Below are positions 9,420 through 16,621 of a DNA stretch of 21,808 nt, in pieces. A model generated the notes under the pieces. The model searched no databases, was not told the origin of the DNA, and worked only from the letters and a program-made list of their open reading frames with translations. The translations under genes were made by a program, and so were the position numbers. Each line of letters opens with the position of its first letter. Position 1 is the stretch's first letter. The stretch lies in sequence record SRR20825006_339. One strand, written 5' to 3'.

Positions 9420-9431
9420 ACAAGGCTAATT

Positions 9432-10373
9432 ATGATTTGGACCCCCACACTTATTGCACTGATATTCCTCTACTTCCTTATTACACGGTTATTCATCATT
9501 GTTGAGATGCGTGAAGAGGTTATACAAGAGAGACTTGGTAAATTCAAGAAGAATCTTAAACCAGGTTTTCATTTTCTCATTCCTCTTGCAGATCGCCCTG
9601 CGTACCGCAGAGAAATGCGCGAGCAAGTATTAGACGTTCCCAGCCAAACATGTATTACCAAAGACAATATTGAAGTTGCTGTAGATGGTTTGGTATACAT
9701 AAAAGTTATGGATGCATACAAAGCGAGTTATGGAATTGCCAACTACCAAGCCGCATCCGTAAACCTTGCACAGACAACTATGCGTAGCGAAATTGGTAAA
9801 ATTACACTTGATGATACTTTTTCACTACGTGAAAAAATGAACGAGAATATTGTTCGTGAAATTGACAAAGCAGCCGATCCATGGGGAATTAAAGTGCTTC
9901 GATACGAACTTAAAAATATCCGCCCTTCCAACGAAATCATTGATACGATGGAGAAACAGATGGAAGCGGAGCGAGAAAAAAGAGCTGAAATAACACACTC
10001 TGAAGGTTTTAGACAATCCAGAATTAACGAGTCTGAAGGGGAACAACAAAGCCAAGTGTTACTCTCTGAAGGTGCACGTCAGCGTCGTATTAACGAAGCT
10101 GTTGGTAAAGCTAAAGAAATTGAGTTGGTTGCTACCGCAACTGCAAAAGGACTTCAACGAATTGCTGAAGCCATGCAAAAACCTGGTGGAGAGTTGGCAG
10201 TTCGAACCAAATTAGTAGAACAGTATATTAACGAGTTTGGCAAAATTGTCAAGAACTCGAATATCTCTGTTCTCCCTACAGAAACGGCTAATCTAAAAAC
10301 ATTTTTTGAAGGAGTTAAAACAGTCAGTAGTCACACTGAAAGTGCTTCTTCAACCAAAATTGGAGGAAAATAA
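9432..10373 (+). CDS. SPFH/band-7 stomatin-like (paraslipin-type) protein 1
   Basis: N-terminal TM, ERLGKF..L.PGFHFLIP, ITKDNIEVAVDG, LAQTTMRSEIGK, WGIKVLRYELKNI and a coiled coil starting MEKQMEAEREKRA. Confidence 0.95.
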   Translation: MIWTPTLIALIFLYFLITRLFIIVEMREEVIQERLGKFKKNLKPGFHFLIPLADRPAYRREMREQVLDVPSQTCITKDNIEVAVDGLVYIKVMDAYKASYGIANYQAASVNLAQTTMRSEIGKITLDDTFSLREKMNENIVREIDKAADPWGIKVLRYELKNIRPSNEIIDTMEKQMEAEREKRAEITHSEGFRQSRINESEGEQQSQVLLSEGARQRRINEAVGKAKEIELVATATAKGLQRIAEAMQKPGGELAVRTKLVEQYINEFGKIVKNSNISVLPTETANLKTFFEGVKTVSSHTESASSTKIGGK

Positions 10374-10375
10374 CG

Positions 10376-11323
10376 ATGGAAATTGTAGAATTAGTCAGCA
10401 AAGTTTTAGTTGGTCTTTTTGGCGTATTTTTAGTGTTCAAAATCATCCAGTCGTTACGTATGGTACCCAACCAATTCGCTTTTATTGTAGAGCGTTTAGG
10501 CAACTATCAGAAAACCTTGGGGCCTGGCTTTCATGCGCTTATCCCCTTTCTGGACAAGGTAGTTTATAAGCAAGATTTACGGGAAGAAACCATTGAAGTA
10601 GAACCCCAAGAGTGCTTCACCAAAGATAACGTAAAAGTTGAAGTTGATGGTGTCATATATCTAAGTGTGATGGATCCTGTAAACGCGAGCTATGGCGTTA
10701 CCAATTATCGCTACGCTGCTATTCAGCTAGCGCAAACAACTACTCGTTCTGTAATCGGTCTCATGGACTTAGATGAAACTTTTGAAGAACGTGCTAAAAT
10801 GAGCAAGAAGGTTGTTGAAGTGCTAAGTGAGATGGAAATACCTTGGGGAATCAAAGTTCATCGTTACGAAATAAAGAACATTGTAACTCCACGTACGGTA
10901 CAAAATGCTATGGAACGACAAATGACCGCAGAACGTGATCGCCGTGCCGTAATTGCGAAGTCTGAAGGGTTTAAAGGTGCCAAAGTAAACGATGCTGAAG
11001 GTTTAAAAACAGAGATGATTAACATTTCTGAAGCCGAGATGCAGCGCCAAATTAACGAAGCTGAAGGTTTAGCTAACGAAATTGAAGCACTTGCCGAAGC
11101 AACAGCGGTATCCATCGAGAAAATTGCTGAAGCTCTTTCTCAACCTATGGGAACTCAAGCCATGCAATTGCGCCTAGCTGAAAAATACCTTGGTACGCTA
11201 TCTGGTCTTGGACGTGAGGAAAACAACATCATCCTCCCTAAAGACATTTCAAACTATGATGCGGTAATGTCTGGCCTTTCATTAGAGGATATCATCATCG
11301 ATTCAAAAAAGGTAAAAAGCTGA
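10376..11323 (+). CDS. SPFH/band-7 stomatin-like (paraslipin-type) protein 2
   Basis: N-terminal TM, VERLGNY..LGPGFHALIPFLDKV, TKDNVKVEVDG, LAQTTTRS, WGIKVHRYEIKNI and MERQMTAERDRRA. GGAGG at 10362-10366 precedes the ATG. Confidence 0.95.
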   Translation: MEIVELVSKVLVGLFGVFLVFKIIQSLRMVPNQFAFIVERLGNYQKTLGPGFHALIPFLDKVVYKQDLREETIEVEPQECFTKDNVKVEVDGVIYLSVMDPVNASYGVTNYRYAAIQLAQTTTRSVIGLMDLDETFEERAKMSKKVVEVLSEMEIPWGIKVHRYEIKNIVTPRTVQNAMERQMTAERDRRAVIAKSEGFKGAKVNDAEGLKTEMINISEAEMQRQINEAEGLANEIEALAEATAVSIEKIAEALSQPMGTQAMQLRLAEKYLGTLSGLGREENNIILPKDISNYDAVMSGLSLEDIIIDSKKVKS

Positions 11324-11381
11324 TAGGTTATTCAGAAACAAATACCTGATTATCAATAAATTGAGAATTAAGGAGATTGGT

Positions 11382-11414
11382 AACTGGGGAGTATTTCCCC
11401 AGTTCTTCTGTTCT
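11382..11414 (+). terminator. Probable intrinsic terminator of the nfeD-SPFH operon
   Basis: Perfect 9-bp stem aactgggga (11382-11390) / tccccagtt (11396-11404), 5-nt loop, pyrimidine-rich tail cttctgttct. Confidence 0.65.
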
Positions 11415-11487
11415 GTAATAATGAATATGTTTTTCACCGCTTTTCTCTTAGCTACAATGTGATGAACAAAAAGATTCTATAAAAAAC

Positions 11488-11532
11488 TGTCTGAACCATG
11501 ATTAATTAATGATTAATTGATATGCTATGATA
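11488..11532 (+). repeat. Left arm of the inverted repeat flanking the GxxExxY gene
   Basis: tgtctgaaccatGATTaattaatGATTaattGATAtgctatGATA. The first 16 nt match the reverse complement of 11947-11962 at 14/16, and the outer 9 nt match perfectly. Confidence 0.8.
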
Positions 11533-12009
11533 AATGAAAATTACAAATACAGTGATTTGACTTCAAAAATTATTGGATTTAGTATGACTGTTCATAATTC
11601 ATTGGGGTGTGGTTTTCAGGAAGTAATTTATCAGCGTGCACTAGAGATAGAAATGGCAGAAGGTGATTTAAATTTTAGTAGAGAGTTTGAAATGCCTGTT
11701 TATTACAAGAACCAACAAATAGGAACCCGTAGAGTTGATTTTTTGGTTGAAGGAAAAATTTCTGTAGAATTAAAAGCCTTAACGAAATTAGAAGATGTCC
11801 ATCTTGCACAAGCAATCAACTATTTAGAGGCATACGATTTGGAAGTTGGTTTACTTGTAAATTTTGGTTCAAAGAGTTTAGAGTTTAAACGCTTATCCAA
11901 TAAAAAGTTTAACCAAAAGAATCAAGGCAATCCTAAAATCAAGTGGAATCAAAGTTCAGACAATAGAGACCCAATACTACTCTTAATCACCCTTCTCATT
12001 CCCCAATGA
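11527..12009 (+). CDS. GxxExxY protein (PD-(D/E)xK nuclease fold)
   Basis: VHNSLGCGFQEVIYQRAL contains the GxxExxY signature. RVDFLVEGKISVELKA is the D...ExK catalytic motif, followed by HLAQAINYL and GLLVNFG. The C-terminal ~30 aa come from read-through of the right repeat arm and beyond. ATGA overlap with the next gene. Confidence 0.95.
   Translation: MINENYKYSDLTSKIIGFSMTVHNSLGCGFQEVIYQRALEIEMAEGDLNFSREFEMPVYYKNQQIGTRRVDFLVEGKISVELKALTKLEDVHLAQAINYLEAYDLEVGLLVNFGSKSLEFKRLSNKKFNQKNQGNPKIKWNQSSDNRDPILLLITLLIPQ
11920..11962 (+). repeat. Right arm of the inverted repeat flanking the GxxExxY gene
   Basis: AATCaaggcAATCctaaAATCaagtggAATCaaagttcagaca, with AATC at 11920, 11929, 11937 and 11947 and terminal gttcagaca at 11954-11962. 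Confidence 0.8.
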
Positions 12010-13028
12010 AAATCCAAACCCTCCTATTCCTTCTTTGCCTCTTCCCTTGTTGGTTACACGCTCAGCTTTTGCCAGGATTTCAAGCTTCGGGTTCTTTTGA
12101 TGAACAACAGCTTCTTATTAAAAGTGAAGAAACCAACACTCGGATTTTAATCAATGCTCCACTAGACGGATTTGAAAAGTCGGATCAGGTTTTGTTAGTA
12201 TTTTATGCCCTTCCGAATGGAAATACCATTGAACAGACTTTCGGAAAGGTTACAACGGAAACCGATGATTGGCATTTTAACATCCAACATATTGGGGCAC
12301 AAACTCGGTTTATAAGAAGAGAAGTAAGTCAAAAAACAGTAGTTGTAGTGTATTTGGAAGCCAATCAAAAAAGCTGGCCTTCTTGGAAAAGAGAAAACCC
12401 CAAATACCTTTCGGATACACAGAAGTTAGTAGATGAAATCACAGCTTTATTCGCTGATTGGGAACCAGAGATTGTGCTAAATTCCCATAGCGGTGGAGGT
12501 CGATTTATCTTCAATTATCTAGATGCGGTTGAACACGTTCCAACATCCATAAAGCGCATTGCTTTCTTGGATAGCGACTATGGTTACGAAGATGAAGCCC
12601 ACGGACCTAAACTCGTTCATTGGTTGAATTCCACTAAAGACGCCAAACTTGCTGTAATCGCCTATAATGATAGTGTGGTAGTTTATAATGGCAAACCTCT
12701 GGTCTCGCCTACGGGAGGAACATGGTACCGCAGCAAACAAATGAAGAACTTTCTGGCAAAGTCTTTTCCTCTGGATGAAGTGAAGCAAGATTCACTGCTT
12801 TGGTATACTTCTCCTCAAAGGAGAATCGAGTTTATCCTAAAAACGAATCCCAATAATAAGATTTATCATTCCGTACAGGTAGAGCGTAATGGTTTTATCC
12901 ACAGCATGCTTAGCGGAACTCCTTTTGAGGAAAAGAATTACCGCTATTTTGGAGATCGAGCTTATTCTAAATTCATCGCAGATAGTGTAATTCTTCCAAC
13001 AGAACACTTAAGCAGTATTCCACGCTGA
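12006..13028 (+). CDS. Secreted hypothetical protein, probable alpha/beta-hydrolase fold
   Basis: Signal peptide (MKIQTLLFLLCLFPCWLHA), nucleophile-elbow-like IVLNSHSGGGR, a downstream IAFLDS strand and a late His (KIYHSV). Confidence 0.65.
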   Translation: MKIQTLLFLLCLFPCWLHAQLLPGFQASGSFDEQQLLIKSEETNTRILINAPLDGFEKSDQVLLVFYALPNGNTIEQTFGKVTTETDDWHFNIQHIGAQTRFIRREVSQKTVVVVYLEANQKSWPSWKRENPKYLSDTQKLVDEITALFADWEPEIVLNSHSGGGRFIFNYLDAVEHVPTSIKRIAFLDSDYGYEDEAHGPKLVHWLNSTKDAKLAVIAYNDSVVVYNGKPLVSPTGGTWYRSKQMKNFLAKSFPLDEVKQDSLLWYTSPQRRIEFILKTNPNNKIYHSVQVERNGFIHSMLSGTPFEEKNYRYFGDRAYSKFIADSVILPTEHLSSIPR

Positions 13029-13076
13029 AGGTGTTTTCAATAGAAAATCGAGCTATACCTAATTGCTTTCTTAGCC

Positions 13077-13889
13077 CTAATAAGCCGAATACTTCTGCCC
13101 TTTTTCTAAGTGACTCACAATACCTTGTTGGGTAGCGAACTTTGTGGGAAGAGTAATATAGCCGCCGCCTTCTTTGGTTTTCATAACTGCAAAGTGTAAA
13201 TGTGGCCCTGTAGAATATCCCGTGTCGCCAGAAAAACCAATTTGCTGGCCTGGTTGAATTTGTTGGCCCAATTGAACAGTCACACCATTTTTTCTAAGAT
13301 GAGAATACACTGCAAAGGTTCCGTCATTATGAAGTACACTTACAAAATTAGCTTCACTCATTAAATTTTTGTCAGTTCCACTCTTTGTGAATTTTTCCTC
13401 TAACTCAATCACAATTCCACTTCTTGCAGCGTAAACAGGAGTTCCAATAGGCATGTTGAAATCCAACGAGTACAGTTCGTCATCTTTATGAGAAAATTCA
13501 CCACCGTAACCTTGATCTAATCTAAAACTTTCTCCTTTTTTAAAAGGAAATCTATAGGCAAAGCTGTCATCATGTTTTGCGTTAATGCTTCCCATGTAAT
13601 AGGTGTAATTATACGAAACACCCCATTTAGCGTTTTTCTTGTTAACAACTAGTGTGGCAATTTTTCTCTCTTCGTTCTTAGAAAGCACTTCTGTAAAACG
13701 CGCCTTCTTATCCGACTTTAAGTTGGTAGCTTCAATTATAACTTCTAGTGTTACTGGGTAAAAATTCTTATTTGTAGCAAAGATTTCCACTCCATCTCTT
13801 GTTTCTTGGTTAGAGAGAATCACGCTTTGATCTTGTGCAAAAAGCGCCGTAGAAATAAATAATCCAACAAAAATTAGTAAACTTTTCAT
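13077..13889 (-). CDS. M23 family metallopeptidase with an N-terminal accessory domain
   Basis: Signal peptide, QGYGGEFSH...YSLDFNMPIGTPVYAARSG, HNDGTFAVYSHL and GFSGDTGYSTGPHLHF (HxH zinc motif). Confidence 0.92.
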   Translation of the reverse strand: MKSLLIFVGLFISTALFAQDQSVILSNQETRDGVEIFATNKNFYPVTLEVIIEATNLKSDKKARFTEVLSKNEERKIATLVVNKKNAKWGVSYNYTYYMGSINAKHDDSFAYRFPFKKGESFRLDQGYGGEFSHKDDELYSLDFNMPIGTPVYAARSGIVIELEEKFTKSGTDKNLMSEANFVSVLHNDGTFAVYSHLRKNGVTVQLGQQIQPGQQIGFSGDTGYSTGPHLHFAVMKTKEGGGYITLPTKFATQQGIVSHLEKGQKYSAY

Positions 13890-13952
13890 ACTCCTATAAT
13901 ATTCAATCTATATAACATTGTGCAATAGTTAATCTTGCTCCTATATTCTAGC

Positions 13953-14537
13953 ATGCAAACAGCAATATTACAACTCATCATACTTTTAGCAACAACGGCA
14001 TCCGATGATATCGACGATCCGGAGTTGCTGCTAGCTATTAAGAACGGTAAACATGATGCCTTCAAGACCTTTTTTGATAAATATCATAAACACTTGTATT
14101 ACTTCTTACTGAAAAAAGGAGCCTCTGAAGACACCTCGAAAGATTTGATACAACAAGCCTTTGTAATGATTTGGGAAAAACGGGCATCCATAGATGAGAA
14201 CAAATCGCTACGATCTTATCTGTTTCGAATCGCCTATACACGACTTCTAAATCTTTATAGAGATTCTGCCAAGTTTGATAATACAGACCACATCGATATT
14301 GAAGACCCTGACAGTACCAAAGAAGAGGAAGATCGCTCTGAAACTCTTAAAGTTGCCATCGAGAATGCAATTTCAAGCATGCCCAAAAAGCGACAAGAAG
14401 TTTTTAGACTGTGTTTCATCCAAGAATTTACCTACAGAGAATGTGCTGAAGTTCTTGATGTTTCCATCAAAACGATAGAAAATCATATGGGACTGGCTCT
14501 TAAAGACCTTCGAGCTTCCCTTGAGAAATATAGATAA
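13953..14537 (+). CDS. ECF RNA polymerase sigma-70 factor (FecI-like)
   Basis: Region 2: AFKTFFDKY...DLIQQAFVMIWEKR...LRSYLFRIA. Region 4: MPKKRQEVFRL...TYRECAEVLDVSIKTIENHMGLALKDLR. ATG 13953 is preferred over TTG 13935. Confidence 0.95.
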   Translation: MQTAILQLIILLATTASDDIDDPELLLAIKNGKHDAFKTFFDKYHKHLYYFLLKKGASEDTSKDLIQQAFVMIWEKRASIDENKSLRSYLFRIAYTRLLNLYRDSAKFDNTDHIDIEDPDSTKEEEDRSETLKVAIENAISSMPKKRQEVFRLCFIQEFTYRECAEVLDVSIKTIENHMGLALKDLRASLEKYR

Positions 14538-14597
14538 ACAGCCAAAAAGGATGTATAACCAATGATTTTTGTTCATAGAAAAAAATTAAACAAAAAA

Positions 14598-14626
14598 TTA
14601 GGGGGATTTGAAAAGTGATGTGTACT
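14598..14626 (+). promoter_or_regulatory. Putative cognate promoter of the FecI-like ECF sigma factor
   Basis: ttagggggat...tgtgtact is a G-rich -35-like element and a TGTGT -10-like element in otherwise A-rich DNA, 50 nt before ATG 14676. It resembles motifs I associate with the region just downstream of FecI-like sigma genes in Bacteroidota. Confidence 0.5.
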
Positions 14627-14675
14627 GAGGATGAATAACACATAAAACCTTTCAATTAAAAAAGAGAAACACATT

Positions 14676-15587
14676 ATGAAAACTTTAACAAATTCCCTTA
14701 AAATAAGTACCGCCATTGCAACATTGGCATTCACAACACTCTTTATAGGGTGCTCTGCAGTAAATAACGACGTAGAATCTTTAACAGACGACGATATCGC
14801 CATTGCCGCTGAAGTTATTGCAGAATCTATGTCGGATGATAACTCTGGCGTGATGAATAGTTTATACGACGCTGTTTCAACTGTTGATAATTCCGGTATC
14901 ACTTATGGAAACCAAAGTCATCAAAAAGCAGGTCCAGAGAATGGTAGAAGTGGCCGTGGTCAAGAGAGAAATTTTACTCACTCCTACGATAGTACTACTG
15001 GAATACACACATCCGAATATAGTAGAAATGTTGTGACCGAATTATTCTCAAAAAATGTAAGCGTTGTAAACACCCATCTTTTCTTAACTCCAGAAAACGG
15101 ATTTGTGGAGTTCCCAAAAGTTGATTACTCAACCATAGAAAGTGTTGATTACACAAGTAATCGTAATGGTAGTTCTACTGCACCAAATAGAACATCTGAG
15201 TTCGCTCGTGCAGATTCTTTCTTTATCTCTGGCTTACATTCCACAAGTAACACGCTAGGAATTAACGGAACGCACGAAAGCACTGGAAATACTTCAGGAA
15301 CCTTTAGAAATGGAACTGAAGCTTCTCGAAATTTCGACGTAACCTTTAAGCTAACTAATGTTAGTATCGCAAAAGATTCAGTATTAGCCTTTGGTAACTT
15401 AGAACAAGGCGTTACTGGCACCATTACTTACAGCATGAATATTACCCGAACCTTGGGTGACGAATCAGATCTGAAAGAAATATCTGGTGAAATTGAATTA
15501 GTTGGTGATGGAACAGCACTCTTGAAATTCAAAAAAATTGCAAAAGTAGTACGTTTCTCACTTAAAGACGGAAGTACAGAAGAATAA
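14676..15587 (+). CDS. Hypothetical lipoprotein, Ser/Thr/Asn- and beta-strand-rich
   Basis: 303-aa ORF with signal peptide and lipobox LFIG-C (Cys27), an acidic helix, then alternating beta-strand patterns. Confidence 0.85.
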   Translation: MKTLTNSLKISTAIATLAFTTLFIGCSAVNNDVESLTDDDIAIAAEVIAESMSDDNSGVMNSLYDAVSTVDNSGITYGNQSHQKAGPENGRSGRGQERNFTHSYDSTTGIHTSEYSRNVVTELFSKNVSVVNTHLFLTPENGFVEFPKVDYSTIESVDYTSNRNGSSTAPNRTSEFARADSFFISGLHSTSNTLGINGTHESTGNTSGTFRNGTEASRNFDVTFKLTNVSIAKDSVLAFGNLEQGVTGTITYSMNITRTLGDESDLKEISGEIELVGDGTALLKFKKIAKVVRFSLKDGSTEE

Positions 15588-15605
15588 TAGATTACCCGAA
15601 AAACC

Positions 15606-15642
15606 GAATTACAGTCTGCGGAAGTAGGCTGTAATTCATTTT
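15606..15642 (+). terminator. Intercistronic 14-bp hairpin (partial terminator or mRNA stabiliser)
   Basis: gaattacagtctgc (15606-15619), GGAA loop, gtaggctgtaattc (15624-15637). The stem has two G-U pairs and is followed by atttt. Confidence 0.75.
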
Positions 15643-15652
15643 AAAAAGAATT

Positions 15653-16621
15653 ATGAGCGCAAATAACCAACTACCCAATAATGATACAGACCTGATGCTT
15701 GCCCGTCAGATTGGGGAGCTATTGGAGTCGCGTTCAAATTTCACATCTTTAAACAATCCGTTTATTGATTCTATTACCACCTTCAAAATGTCTGAACTTG
15801 ATGAGCTAGAAACTACTGAACTTGATTCAGATAGACTTTGGGATCTCATCACTCAACAAACCAAACCCATTCATGTTCCTGTCATACTTCCTTTTTATAG
15901 ACGAAATTCTTGGGCATGGGCTAGTGCAGCCGCTGTGTTGTTAGTTGCTTTTATAGGCATTTTTTGGATGAACACCTTTTCAGAGCCCAAGCTTGTTGCT
16001 GAAAGTATGGCTAGTAAAGTTGAAGTAACCTTAACCGATGGAACCTTAGTTACACTTCGTCCTTATTCAAAACTTTACGAAATTGAATCCTCTGATACGA
16101 AAAGAGCATATCAACTGACGGGAGAAGCCTTTTTACACGTAACCAAAGATCCTACAAAACCCTTTACATTGGATGCCGGAGAAGGCTCCATTACTGTTTT
16201 AGGAACTCAATTCAATGTTAGCACTTGGGGAAATTCAACTTCAGTTTTTCTTGAAGAAGGCAAAATTCAGTTTAGTAATGATAAGCAGTATTCCGTTGTA
16301 TTGAGCCCTGGTGAAAGTGCTTCCCTCCAAAATGGGAAACTTGAGCTAACCGAAATTTCGAATCCTGATGTTTTCAAAGATTGGATAGAATCTCGACTTC
16401 GCCTAGATCAAACACCTATACAAGCTGCTATTTCTGAAATTGAGCAACATTATCACGTAGAAATTGATATCTCTGCTATTGCAAATAGTAGCGAGCTGGT
16501 GAGCGGTTCCATCCCTCTTGATGGCGTAGACAAAACACTTAATGATTTGGGAGTTATACTTGGTGGAACGTTCAAATCTACCAATTCAAATAGCTACCAA
16601 TATATTCCATTATCTAATTGA
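15653..16621 (+). CDS. FecR-family anti-sigma factor / transmembrane sensor
   Basis: TM segment WAWASAAAVLLVAFIGIFW, FecR domain (VTLTDGTLVTLRPYSKL, LTGEAFLHVTKD, ITVLGTQFNV, VFLEEGKI, LSPGE) and C-terminal domain (W...L.LDQTPI....EIEQHYHVEI). Confidence 0.95.
   Translation: MSANNQLPNNDTDLMLARQIGELLESRSNFTSLNNPFIDSITTFKMSELDELETTELDSDRLWDLITQQTKPIHVPVILPFYRRNSWAWASAAAVLLVAFIGIFWMNTFSEPKLVAESMASKVEVTLTDGTLVTLRPYSKLYEIESSDTKRAYQLTGEAFLHVTKDPTKPFTLDAGEGSITVLGTQFNVSTWGNSTSVFLEEGKIQFSNDKQYSVVLSPGESASLQNGKLELTEISNPDVFKDWIESRLRLDQTPIQAAISEIEQHYHVEIDISAIANSSELVSGSIPLDGVDKTLNDLGVILGGTFKSTNSNSYQYIPLSN

Noticed and set aside
11488-11962. Classical IS element or MITE
   Set aside because: No DDE, HUH or recombinase gene and no evident target-site duplication (flanks aaaaaac / atagag). 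Kept only as a candidate non-classical element.
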